Of a stretch of 64,000 nt of DNA, positions 48,676 through 58,591 are shown piece by piece (position 1 is the stretch's first letter; every line of letters begins with the position of its first letter). A model generated the notes under the pieces. It ran no database searches and was not told the origin of the DNA. It saw only the letters and a program-made list of their open reading frames with translations. The stretch comes from a virus (taxonomy: Duplodnaviria; Caudoviricetes). A program made the translations under genes and the position numbers. The DNA lies in IMG/VR virus record IMGVR_UViG_3300001580_000017, positions 1-64,000 of that record, one strand, 5' to 3'.

Positions 48676-50150
48676 AGCAAATTGACCTCTTTTATTTCTA
48701 CAGGATAACCCTCTGTTTCGTATATATGCAATCTTTCTTTATGATGTTTCATTATGTAGTTTGTATAGTGTTTTTCGCTTAAACAAAGATCATCATTGAT
48801 ATCCCATACAGTTAAACGATCCTTTTTCTCGTGCATCCTTAATCCTCTACCTATGGTCTGAATAACTCTTATAAAACTTTTTGTGCTATGAGCCAAGAAT
48901 ATATGATGAATATTTTTTATATTTATTCCTGTGCTGAATGTTCCATAAGAAGCAAGTATAATTAAGTTATCTTCTTTTTCCGCAACAAATCTCGATTGTT
49001 CTCTTATATCAATATCAACGCCACCATCAATATACAGTATCTTTTTATCTGGAAATCGTTGTTTAAATAAATCTAATAAAACTTTTCCATGCTTTTCTAT
49101 ATACTGAAATAGAACCAATGTATTTTGCGTTCCACAATTTTCTTTTATTGTGTTTACAAGATACTCATTTCTGCGATCACTCTTCATCAAATAATCTATT
49201 TCATCATGATAATTTCTGCTAAATTCATCAGCAGCCATAACTCTTTCAGAATGGGGATATCTTAAAATAACAGAATAAACCATCATATCTGCTAATATTT
49301 TTGCTTCTTTTAATTCTTCATAAGTTCTATAGAATACCGGTTCTCCGATGTAACCAACAGCAGAATAATAATCAATGTTTTTATTTTGCGGAAGTGTTCC
49401 TGTAGTTCCTATCCGATATTCCGCTTTTTTTAGTTTTGAAAGAATTTCGGCTATTATTTTTGAATTTACTTTTGCTTTATGAACTTCATCAACAATCACA
49501 CAATCAAATTTATCTAATTCTTCCTCTGATAACCGGTGAATACTTTGCCATGTGGAAATTATAAGAGGATATTCACCAAAACTTTTTTCTACCCCACCAG
49601 AGATACATTTTAAATTATCTCCATCATATCCATAGCTTATGAGATCAGATTCCATTTGTTTTATCAGACCAAGTTCTGATACAATCAATAAAGTTTTTTT
49701 GTTTAAATAGTTCATAAAAAAATTTATGAAGTGGATAATTGCAGATTTTCCTGTGCCTGTTTTTGAAATTATACATATATTTCTTTTCTTGATTGCATCA
49801 AAAAATGCTTCTATCTGAAAATCGTGGGGCTCCCAAGGAAAGGGAACGGTATCAAGAAATTCCAGAAGTTTATCTTCATTAATTTTTCTTTCAATTAAAA
49901 AATCTATAGTGTAACTGTAATTGTTTTTTGTTATAAAATCCAATAGTCTGGGAGTAAAACCAATCGGAAGTTTTCCTTGCTTGAATAGGGTAATTTTTCC
50001 ATCCCATATTCCTTGCTTATATTTAGGAGAAAACCAATATTTGTCGGTAATAAAACTGAAATGGTTTTTTATTCCTTCATAGATATTAACATCAAAGGTT
50101 TTAATTGCTATTTCAGCATGATTTATTTTAGTTATGGTTATGTCTGACAA
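48672..50150 (-). CDS. uvsW: SF2 DNA helicase
   Basis: TGTGKS, DEVH, GTTGT, STGIN, QTIGRGLR. Confidence 0.93.
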   Translation of the reverse strand: MSDITITKINHAEIAIKTFDVNIYEGIKNHFSFITDKYWFSPKYKQGIWDGKITLFKQGKLPIGFTPRLLDFITKNNYSYTIDFLIERKINEDKLLEFLDTVPFPWEPHDFQIEAFFDAIKKRNICIISKTGTGKSAIIHFINFFMNYLNKKTLLIVSELGLIKQMESDLISYGYDGDNLKCISGGVEKSFGEYPLIISTWQSIHRLSEEELDKFDCVIVDEVHKAKVNSKIIAEILSKLKKAEYRIGTTGTLPQNKNIDYYSAVGYIGEPVFYRTYEELKEAKILADMMVYSVILRYPHSERVMAADEFSRNYHDEIDYLMKSDRRNEYLVNTIKENCGTQNTLVLFQYIEKHGKVLLDLFKQRFPDKKILYIDGGVDIDIREQSRFVAEKEDNLIILASYGTFSTGINIKNIHHIFLAHSTKSFIRVIQTIGRGLRMHEKKDRLTVWDINDDLCLSEKHYTNYIMKHHKERLHIYETEGYPVEIKEVNLL

Positions 50151-50157
50151 AATTTTC

Positions 50158-50898
50158 CTAATTGTTTAATTTTGTGACTAATTCTCTCCCCAATGGAATA
50201 ACTTTTATAATATCCTCATCTTTTGCTTCGCCCCAGTAAGTAGCATATCCATTTATAGGATTAAAAATGAAATCCGTAGCCTTATCCCATTCTCTGTATG
50301 CTTCATTGTTTCCGCTTCCCCATATCGCACTTTCAATATCTCCAACAATTTTTGTGAGTTCACTGTGTGATTGCTGTTCTTCGTTTATAAAATCCTGATA
50401 TTCTTTTATTGTGTTGTTGCTTTCTCTTAAAGATTTGAAGTCAATATATTTTATTTTATATTCAACACTTTCATTGAACAATACATCTTGACTGATATCT
50501 TTTAATGTTGTGGGCTGAATTGAATCTTTCGTAGTTATCCTCACCTGATATTTTCCATTTTCTTTATTTTTTAGCATTTCATTAGCAAAGTGAAACAGAT
50601 AATCTTTTATTTTTTTAGTTAATTTGGAAGTCTGAATTGACAAGACCATTTCTCTTCCATACTTTCTGATCCTAACCCAACCTTTATTCATTAAATCTTT
50701 TACAAGAATTTCTCGCGCTTTTCCATCCCAACCGAGAGGCTCTTTATATTTTTTGAATAAACCTTGAACATAATCAGAATCAAAACCAAAGTATTCAGGA
50801 TTTGATACAATATCTCCGACATGGCGACTACTTTCAACGGCAGTCACCACACCAAAGGGAGAAATCCAATATGCATCTGCCGTGTTATTGAATGTCAT
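50158..50898 (-). CDS. Putative internal protein
   Basis: AYWISP...GWVRIR domain; FNES, LRES, INEE sites. Confidence 0.55.
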   Translation of the reverse strand: MTFNNTADAYWISPFGVVTAVESSRHVGDIVSNPEYFGFDSDYVQGLFKKYKEPLGWDGKAREILVKDLMNKGWVRIRKYGREMVLSIQTSKLTKKIKDYLFHFANEMLKNKENGKYQVRITTKDSIQPTTLKDISQDVLFNESVEYKIKYIDFKSLRESNNTIKEYQDFINEEQQSHSELTKIVGDIESAIWGSGNNEAYREWDKATDFIFNPINGYATYWGEAKDEDIIKVIPLGRELVTKLNN

Positions 50899-50900
50899 TG

Positions 50901-51305
50901 TTATTCCGGATAGACACTATTTGCCATATCGGAACTATAAATTGATCCAGCAGAAGCTATTACATAATCTTTTAAATATGTTTCGTTTTCCGTGAATAAT
51001 TCTTCTGCTTCTTCTTGTGTTAGACCATCAACATGTACCAATTTATATATTACAGCTTCCATAAAATCATAAATCATGTTCTCATAAATGCCATCTTCCA
51101 AGTATTCAAATGTCTGATTACTTCCAAGTGCAGGTGCACCATCACTTTCTGGGTCTAATTCCGGATAATTTAGATAGATTACTTTAACATCAACTAAATC
51201 TTCGTTTGAATATGTTTTGATCATATATGGATATCTTTCAGAATTTTCATTCTCAGTAACCATGTTCTCGTAAATTTTCAAAACATCTTTTTCTTTCGTT
51301 GTCAT
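50901..51305 (-). CDS. Putative internal protein
   Basis: Leader ...IYENMVTE. Confidence 0.5.
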   Translation of the reverse strand: MTTKEKDVLKIYENMVTENENSERYPYMIKTYSNEDLVDVKVIYLNYPELDPESDGAPALGSNQTFEYLEDGIYENMIYDFMEAVIYKLVHVDGLTQEEAEELFTENETYLKDYVIASAGSIYSSDMANSVYPE

Positions 51306-52244
51306 TTAGTTCTCCACGGGAAATATTAATTTATACATGTATTCTTCATCTTTTTCTTCAGTTGGATACCAGACTTCTTCGATATCACCACCATCATCAT
51401 ACTTCACATAAACATCATTTGCGGGGCTATAACCAGTTATGAGTGCTTTGAACATAACTTTTTTAACATCATCATATTCTTCAACTCTGGTGTATTCCTT
51501 GCCAAATTCTTCTTCTGCTTTGATTGTCTCGACTTCTCCGAAAGTTTTATTTCTTTCATCATAATCTTCGGTTGTCAATTCTTCATAATTTTTTATATAT
51601 TCACCTGATCCGAGATATGGAGTTTCTGTATCGTATAACAATCTTTCTTCAAGTTCTATCATATTATCGGCAGTAGTCAACAGAAGAAATTCTAATACAG
51701 TTCCGAGCATGTGTCTGTGAGTTAAAAAAGCATCATCAACCAACCATTCATCACTATCATCGGAATATCCGGGAATAAATCCTGATCGGCTTTTGTAAGT
51801 TTCTTTTATATATTCAGCAAATTCTTCTGAATACTGATCAAGCATACTTTTAATTTTTTCGATATTCGCTGGTTCTAAATGAATATCAACATCAATGGAA
51901 TCATTTGCGAAATTATACTCTTTGGGAGAAACTAATTTGGTAAACATTACTTTTTTAACTAAACCTTGTTCTTGCAGCATTACTTCTACTGTATCTACCA
52001 AATTTGAAGCATAATCATTTTTATACTTAGTGTAATCATAATCAATTAAATCGTCATCAATTTTTCCGATTAGATCATTCTGTTTTCTGATAGCGTTTAT
52101 ATCATTTGCAATTTCTTTGTAATCTTCATCACTTGTTTCAAATGATGTGTTATAAAATCCGGGAAAGACCGGAAGCCATGATTCAACTACAAGAAATTTT
52201 CCCATATCCATTGCGTCTTCTTTTACGAGTTTGTTTTTTTTCAT
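51306..52244 (-). CDS. Putative internal protein
   Basis: Leader MKKNKLVKE; SPKEYNF motif. Confidence 0.55.
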   Translation of the reverse strand: MKKNKLVKEDAMDMGKFLVVESWLPVFPGFYNTSFETSDEDYKEIANDINAIRKQNDLIGKIDDDLIDYDYTKYKNDYASNLVDTVEVMLQEQGLVKKVMFTKLVSPKEYNFANDSIDVDIHLEPANIEKIKSMLDQYSEEFAEYIKETYKSRSGFIPGYSDDSDEWLVDDAFLTHRHMLGTVLEFLLLTTADNMIELEERLLYDTETPYLGSGEYIKNYEELTTEDYDERNKTFGEVETIKAEEEFGKEYTRVEEYDDVKKVMFKALITGYSPANDVYVKYDDGGDIEEVWYPTEEKDEEYMYKLIFPVEN

Positions 52245-53674
52245 TTTCTCTCCCCAACACTTCCGGCAAATTTTAAAAATTTATATTTTCTTTTCCATTC
52301 ATCCAGCATTCCTTGTAATTCTTCTGATGTAAATTCGTTTGATATGCCATAAGAATCTGATATATTTTTTTCTCTTGGTATTTTACTATTGGAACAATAA
52401 TCCGATCCTACCCATACACGATTGTTAAATTTTTCAAATTCGGCTATCAAATTATCTGATACTTTGCTATATACTTCAACAAATTGCCCATGACTTTGTT
52501 TTTCATATGCCGATTCTTCATCAAATATTGATTCTTTTATTTTTTTCTTTGTCTCCATGAAATCATATTCTTGATTCGCAAAGGCATCTTCAAAATCTTG
52601 TGCCAGCAGTTTACAAGCTTCGTCTTTAACTTCTTTTGTTACTGCTTTAACTATGCTCTTACCGTCATCTGCCCATTTTACGGTCTCATCATACCAAAAT
52701 TTAGCCGCATTATTTACAACAGTTTTGAATATGATCGGAGCTTTTGCTTTATCATAAATATCGCTTTTCTTTTTTCTTGTGAGAGATTTAAAACAAGCAA
52801 TTTTGGTGTCGTAGAATTTTTTTGTATTATCAACAACCAGTACGACATCATCAGCATCGGCAACATAAGTGTCAAATCCTTTTTCTTCTTTCAGGAGAGT
52901 AGTCAGAATTTCTTTTTGTTCTTTTATGTTTTTTGACAGTGATTCTTTTACTGATGGAGTTGATTCTTCCAAATTATATTTATCAGCATTATGATTATGA
53001 ACTCTTTCAAAGGTCTTATCATCAAAATAAGTACTCGATTTCAGATTGCCGTTAACTGGTCTTTTTCTATAAAGTTCATAAACACCCTTTTCTTTCAGAT
53101 GTCTCATTCCATAGTTAGACATTGAATCACCAAAGAATTTCATTGTTTTGTGATCAAAGAAATGTGAACCAGTTAAACCCACATTGTATTTTAAATCAGC
53201 AACGGTTCTTACTGGATAAAAATCAATTGTTTTTTCTTCGTTTATTGCATCACTTTTCCATATAGGACTTCCAGTGTTACCCCAACTACTGCCATCTTTG
53301 TCTTTTTCCCATACTTCTACATAAACATCTTCCATTTGATTCTCTGCATATCTTTTTGCCATTCTGATAGCACTTTCTGGTGTTCTTGCATATTCGGTGT
53401 TTATACATTCATCTCCATCTACTGTATAAACAAATACACCGTATTTATAGTAATCAAAATCGCCGTCTTTTGCTTCATCGCCATGCTTAGATTCTTCATT
53501 CAGCTTAGAATAAAATTCTCTTTTTCTCGTCACATTCAGTTCATTTACATTCTTAACACCGAAACTTCTAAGTAGCGATGTATATTTATCAGAATAAGTA
53601 TCTTTGACCTGTTCCGATTCGTTCAATTTATCAACAACGCGGTAGTAATCTTGTAAATCTTTGTTTTGTTCCAT
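52241..53674 (-). CDS. Multi-domain internal polyprotein-like protein
   Basis: LNES, LNEE, INEE, LEES, VKES, LKEE, IKES sites separate segments. Confidence 0.6.
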   Translation of the reverse strand: MEQNKDLQDYYRVVDKLNESEQVKDTYSDKYTSLLRSFGVKNVNELNVTRKREFYSKLNEESKHGDEAKDGDFDYYKYGVFVYTVDGDECINTEYARTPESAIRMAKRYAENQMEDVYVEVWEKDKDGSSWGNTGSPIWKSDAINEEKTIDFYPVRTVADLKYNVGLTGSHFFDHKTMKFFGDSMSNYGMRHLKEKGVYELYRKRPVNGNLKSSTYFDDKTFERVHNHNADKYNLEESTPSVKESLSKNIKEQKEILTTLLKEEKGFDTYVADADDVVLVVDNTKKFYDTKIACFKSLTRKKKSDIYDKAKAPIIFKTVVNNAAKFWYDETVKWADDGKSIVKAVTKEVKDEACKLLAQDFEDAFANQEYDFMETKKKIKESIFDEESAYEKQSHGQFVEVYSKVSDNLIAEFEKFNNRVWVGSDYCSNSKIPREKNISDSYGISNEFTSEELQGMLDEWKRKYKFLKFAGSVGERK

Positions 53675-53699
53675 TTTTCTTTGTCCTTTTAATTTATTT

Positions 53700-53754
53700 A
53701 TTATTATTTATAAAAGTCATACCCCAAATATACCATTATTATTTATAAAAGTCA
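53700..53754. repeat. 20-bp direct repeat ATTATTATTTATAAAAGTCA, each copy containing a minus-strand late promoter
   Basis: Copies at 53700..53719 and 53735..53754. Confidence 0.8.
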
Positions 53755-53815
53755 AGAATAATTTAATTTATTTTGAAAATAGTTAAAATAATTTTATGAC
53801 CCCCATCAAAAATTT

Positions 53816-53823
53816 TATAAATA
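53816..53823 (+). promoter_or_regulatory. Late promoter TATAAATA upstream of the IS607-like element
   Basis: Exact octamer. Confidence 0.7.
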
Positions 53824-53839
53824 AGGTTATAGAATAATT

Positions 53840-54052
53840 ATGGAAGAAATTATGAAAAAATTATCAGAATATGCAACTGAACACAACATCACATATCGTA
53901 CCGCATGGAATCATTTTGCGCGAGGATTAATTAGTGGAGCATATCAGCTATCAAATGGCACAGTAGTTATACCGGACAGCAATACTGCCGATTTAGAAAA
54001 AGCTATACATGATTTAAAAAATATAATTACAGAATTAAAAAAAGATAAATGA
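53840..54052 (+). CDS. IS607 TnpA-type HTH domain only (no serine recombinase domain)
   Basis: KLSEYATEHNITYRTAWNHF..G....AYQLSNGTVVI; ATGA overlap with tnpB. Confidence 0.8.
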   Translation: MEEIMKKLSEYATEHNITYRTAWNHFARGLISGAYQLSNGTVVIPDSNTADLEKAIHDLKNIITELKKDK

Positions 54053-55252
54053 TAAGAAGAAGCAAACACATACTAAAATTCGCGAACAAAAATAAATTGA
54101 GTATGCTTGAACAAATTTATTCGGATTGCAAGAAACAAATTGAAGTTTACATTGATCAGATAATATCAGGGAAATTAGAGTTAAAGAAGATGCCGAGCAG
54201 TAGGTTGTTGAGTAATGAATATATCGAACAATCTAAGTGGAAAGAAATGTGCTATCAACAAATGACAGGAATGATTGGAAGTCAATATAAACGCGCATCC
54301 AATAAAAGATTTAATTCTTATAAAAAAGTTTATGCTAAACTAAAAGAACAAAATAGATATAATAAATTTACTTCAAAAAAATTCTCGGAATTAAATTTAA
54401 AACCAATCTATCAAACAAAATATTTTACTAAACCAAAATTAACTGGTGTAAATATAATAGTACACAAAGATTTATTTAATTTTGCATCGGATTCTAAAAA
54501 TTTTGACTCCTTTGTTAGATTAACTACTCCATATAAAAAATCAGCAGGAAGATACAAAACAATAAATCTTCCAATTAAATATCATTCTCATTCCAATAAA
54601 TTTAGAACGAGTGGTTGGAAATTAAAGAACTCTATTTCTTTGATCAAAGTCAATAATAATTTCTACATTGATTTGTTATGGGAAAAAGAAGTCCCCAAGA
54701 AGATTGAAGGAGAATCCATCGGATTAGATTGTGGTTACAAGAAGCTACTTATTTCATCAGAGAACAAAATTTATGATTTGGGTATGGAAAAAATTTATAA
54801 CAAACTAAACAGAAAGAAACAAGGAAGCAAAAACTTTAAGCAAGCATTAACCGAAAGAGATAATTTAATAAATCAGAGTATAAACAAGATTGAAACAGAA
54901 AATATAAAAACAATCGTAGTCGAAGATTTAAAAAATGTAAAGTTAGGAAGTAAGTTTAGTAAAAAATTTAATAACAAGCTACAGAGATGGAGTTATCCAA
55001 AGGTTTTGAATAAACTATCTATGATTTGTGAGGAACAAGGAATAAACTTGGTTAGAGTTGATCCGAGTTATACAAGTCAAACATGTAGCAAATGTGGACA
55101 CAAAGATAAGAAAAACCGTTCTGGTGAACGGTTTTTGTGTTTGAGTTGTGGAATGGAGATGGATGCTGACTATAATGCATCTATAAACATTTTACATAGA
55201 GGCATATATAGTTCCTCTACCGATAAAGCTAATTTAAAGGTTAGCTGACTGT
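54049..55252 (+). mobile_element. tnpB: IS607-like TnpB (CDS 54049..55248) with right end at GACTGT
   Basis: GLDCG, VVEDL, CSKC..CLSC, DADYNA; close paralog of tnpB-2. Confidence 0.9.
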
Positions 55253-55265
55253 AAAGTTTGACGGT

Positions 55266-55294
55266 AATATAACCTTTTAATTCCTGAATGTCAA
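55266..55294 (-). promoter_or_regulatory. Early sigma70-like promoter firing into the tnpB-3 right end
   Basis: TTGACA-N17-TATATT. Confidence 0.75.
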
Positions 55295-55297
55295 GAC

Positions 55298-56548
55298 TTA
55301 TTTTTTATATTGTGCAAGTTCAGACTGTAATTTTTTAATTGTCTGCTGCTGAGTTATGAGTTGTTTTCTCTGTGAATTAACTCTATTTTCTGAATCGGAT
55401 GGTTTATATTCCTGTTTTATCGTCAGGGTATCTTCTGGTTTGGAATCAGGAACATTGTCTATAATATCACTATCAGCACCGGAAGTTGATAATTCTTTCA
55501 CTGGTGTAGGAGGAATAAAAGCATCAGCATTGTTGTTTGGTCTCTTTTCAAAATTCTGAACAAGATTATCTATTTGGTCTTTTAAATCTTCCAATTCTTT
55601 TTTTACTTTATCATCCGGTTGAGTTAGACGATTCATTGCCTGTTCTTTTGCTTCTTCTTCCGCGTTCTCTTTGACTGGAGATTTTCCATGATATTTTTCA
55701 TCAATAGCAATAAGTTTCTGAATTGCTTCTTTAAACAAATCTCTTCTATCAATTGCTTCCTGAATATCAGATGGCATAACTATTTTCGGGTCTCTTTTTG
55801 GTTCTTCACCTTGCATATTCGGATCAGTTGAAACTTGTGATTGACCCTCCATTCCTTCTTGCCCTTCCATTCCTTGTACATTCTGTGATTGACCTTGCTG
55901 TTCAACATCATCAACTCTTTTCTGTAATTTGGACTGCTCATCTTCAACATTCTGTAATTCGTCTGGAAGAACTGAATCTTCAAACTGTTTTAACTGTAAT
56001 ATGGTAGTGTTAAGAGCTTTAAGTTGTGTCATTATATCATTAAGAACTTCTGTTGCATCTCTCTGTTCTTCTGTTTCTGGCTGTGTCTGCTCATCGTTAT
56101 CGGCATTTTCATCGCTTTCCTGATTCTGTACACCTTCCGCTCCACTCGTGATTTCTCCTTGCTGTGACTGCTGTTGAGCTTGTGGAATAATATTTTCGGG
56201 TTGTTCGGGAATTATCGGTTCTTCATCAGGGGTTTCATACAGATAATAATTTATGATACTGTCCCAGCCTTTCATGCTTTCTACGAGTTTAACCAAATCA
56301 GGATCAAATTCTATATTTTTGCTTTCTACTACAGCCGAAGAATTTTTCTCAGTTATTTTTTTATTTCTTTTTCTACGAATTTTTGCTACCTGCATCTGCA
56401 ACATTGCTTGTTTTTTCTGAATCCTTTTGAGAGGATTTTCATTTATTTCAGTTTTTTCTTCTGTGCTTCCTTCCGATAACAATGCTTCCTGTTTTTTGAG
56501 TTGTTCCAGTCTTGCTTTGTATTCCTGTCTTTCTTTTTCTGTCAACAT
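55298..56548 (-). CDS. Acidic coiled-coil late protein, possible prohead core/scaffold
   Basis: E/Q-rich; LSE, INE, VES, VKE sites; late promoter at 56591..56598. Confidence 0.45.
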   Translation of the reverse strand: MLTEKERQEYKARLEQLKKQEALLSEGSTEEKTEINENPLKRIQKKQAMLQMQVAKIRRKRNKKITEKNSSAVVESKNIEFDPDLVKLVESMKGWDSIINYYLYETPDEEPIIPEQPENIIPQAQQQSQQGEITSGAEGVQNQESDENADNDEQTQPETEEQRDATEVLNDIMTQLKALNTTILQLKQFEDSVLPDELQNVEDEQSKLQKRVDDVEQQGQSQNVQGMEGQEGMEGQSQVSTDPNMQGEEPKRDPKIVMPSDIQEAIDRRDLFKEAIQKLIAIDEKYHGKSPVKENAEEEAKEQAMNRLTQPDDKVKKELEDLKDQIDNLVQNFEKRPNNNADAFIPPTPVKELSTSGADSDIIDNVPDSKPEDTLTIKQEYKPSDSENRVNSQRKQLITQQQTIKKLQSELAQYKK

Positions 56549-56590
56549 TTTTGTGTCCTTATTTTTTAATTTTTGTAATTGCTTTATTCT

Positions 56591-56598
56591 TATTTATA
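56591..56598 (-). promoter_or_regulatory. T4-type late promoter TATAAATA
   Basis: Exact octamer. Confidence 0.75.
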
Positions 56599-56628
56599 AA
56601 AATTCTTTTTTATTATAGTGAAATAAAT

Positions 56629-56664
56629 AAAAAACCCACTATATTATTTATAAAGTGGGTTTTT
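56629..56664 (-). terminator. Intrinsic terminator (possibly bidirectional) with TATAAATA in the loop
   Basis: AAAAACCCACT/AGTGGGTTTTT stem. Confidence 0.75.
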
Positions 56665-56684
56665 GTGTTATTGATTTTGTTTAA

Positions 56685-56906
56685 TTAATCTTTTGGTTCA
56701 AACAATTTTCCTATAAGTCCGCATTTACCACATGTTTGAGAATATGAATTTGAACTATCAAATCTCTGGAAATGACACAAATCAGCAGAACCATCAACGG
56801 GATTTGCCGCTTGTGGATGATTACACATATGATTATCTTGCCCTTCTTCTACATCGGTAACTATAGAATGATATTTACAGTCAATACACAGTTTTTGTTT
56901 TTCCAT
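56685..56906 (-). CDS. Small Cys/His-rich protein
   Basis: CIDCKY...CNHP...CGKCG. Confidence 0.55.
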   Translation of the reverse strand: MEKQKLCIDCKYHSIVTDVEEGQDNHMCNHPQAANPVDGSADLCHFQRFDSSNSYSQTCGKCGLIGKLFEPKD

Positions 56907-56924
56907 TACTGCTCCTTTTTATTT

Positions 56925-57902
56925 TTACAAAGAATCAATAAATTCTTTTTCTTTATCGGTCATTGTTCCCTGTTCTTTATCCGTAACAACTGCTGATGCT
57001 GTTGTTTCTACTCCGCCAGTTGTTGGTACTGTTGCACTTTTTTCCCAAGGAGGAGTATCAGATACGGTATGATTTGGGGGAGTAGCTTTAAATGTATCTA
57101 CACCATTTCCCATATCAAGAATATATCCGACTTCTGATCTTATTCTTTCAGGAGTTAAATAATTCAAATTATCAATATGCTCTTGAAGATTATATGTTTG
57201 CAACATTATTTTTTCTATTTCAGCATTATCATTGGCTATTGCGGAAACAGCATTGTTGAAATCTGATCCGTCATAGTTTGGCTGAAATATTTCTTTTCCG
57301 TTCTTTGTCATCTTTTTCACGATAACACTTAGAATAAAATCTCCACCTTTCAGGATATCAAACGGATTATACTGTTTGAATCTTGGATCATTTTTCTGTG
57401 CACTGTCGGGATTATTTCTTTTCAGAATTTTGTTCATAACCTGAATACCATACTCAAATTTGAAAACTTTTCCGTTGTTTTCCGGTTTGTTTGGATCATT
57501 TATAACGAGTATATTTGATACCCATTTTCTCTGAGGAATCCACCCACCATCTTTTGCTTTATCCATCAGAGCTTCGATCTTGGAATTTTTCATTGGCCAA
57601 CCGTAAGCACAAGCGGGGCAACTATTTTTGTTTTTCATGTTACTGCAATAACCACCAAGAAACTTTTTTTCTGTTCCGGGGAAATGATTGATCCCGTGAT
57701 AGTAGGTTTCGATGAAGTTAATTTTTGTGTACACATCAGGAACAAATCTGATGACATAAGTTTCCGATTTGTCTTTTGCAGGTTTCCAGAGGGTTTTGTC
57801 TTCCGCAAAAGAGCTTGGTTTCTGATCCACTTTTAGCTGATTATCAACACTATCTCCAGAATAGTTGTTGACATCAAATTTCACATCAATGTTTCCGTTC
57901 AT
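56925..57902 (-). CDS. gp32: Single-stranded DNA-binding protein, gp32-like
   Basis: VIRFVP, CPAC, NILVINDP..PENNGKVF, YNPFD..GGDF. Confidence 0.92.
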   Translation of the reverse strand: MNGNIDVKFDVNNYSGDSVDNQLKVDQKPSSFAEDKTLWKPAKDKSETYVIRFVPDVYTKINFIETYYHGINHFPGTEKKFLGGYCSNMKNKNSCPACAYGWPMKNSKIEALMDKAKDGGWIPQRKWVSNILVINDPNKPENNGKVFKFEYGIQVMNKILKRNNPDSAQKNDPRFKQYNPFDILKGGDFILSVIVKKMTKNGKEIFQPNYDGSDFNNAVSAIANDNAEIEKIMLQTYNLQEHIDNLNYLTPERIRSEVGYILDMGNGVDTFKATPPNHTVSDTPPWEKSATVPTTGGVETTASAVVTDKEQGTMTDKEKEFIDSL

Positions 57903-57973
57903 TTGTTACTCCTATAGTTATAAAGCATTTTCGTGTAAAACCCGAACCTATTGTTCTTTTACACCTTTTCGCT

Positions 57974-58591
57974 TTAATTTAAATTCAACATTTTTAACAT
58001 AACTTTGTGCAATTTTATAGTCATCTGCACATCACACAAAGCATTATGAGCTTGCAAAGAATTATCATCAGGGAAGAAACATTTATACATATCTTCCAAT
58101 TTATGACTTTTATAAACATTTTTGATTTTTCTTTCAATCAAAGGAACAAGTTGCATCACATCAATATTCCTATTCTGAAAATGTTTATAGTATTCTTTAT
58201 AATATACGGTGTAGTCCCCCGTCAACGAATGATCAGGATTATAAACTCTTGCAAAAAAATTTAATAGTTTGTGAACATCGAAATTCACATTGTATCCAGC
58301 CACACACAAACGATTAAAATATCCATTATTACTGAATGGAGAAATAATTTGTAAAAATTCTTTCATAACTTTTTCACCATCATCATAAGTTGAAATTTCT
58401 TCCAAAGTACAACCATTCACTTTCAATGCTTCGTCCTTTATAACAGAAAAATCATAAGGTTTGATTTTGAATTGAAACCAATAATCAAATTTATCGGGTT
58501 CATATTCAATGCAACCAGCCATTTGTATAATTTCTCCTTCGTGCCAGACGGAAGTAGTTTCTGTGTCTAAGTACATAACAGGGATATGCAT
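57974..58591 (-). CDS. DEDDh 3'-5' exonuclease (DnaQ-like)
   Basis: LDTET, GYNVNFD, HNALCD. Confidence 0.9.
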   Translation of the reverse strand: MHIPVMYLDTETTSVWHEGEIIQMAGCIEYEPDKFDYWFQFKIKPYDFSVIKDEALKVNGCTLEEISTYDDGEKVMKEFLQIISPFSNNGYFNRLCVAGYNVNFDVHKLLNFFARVYNPDHSLTGDYTVYYKEYYKHFQNRNIDVMQLVPLIERKIKNVYKSHKLEDMYKCFFPDDNSLQAHNALCDVQMTIKLHKVMLKMLNLN

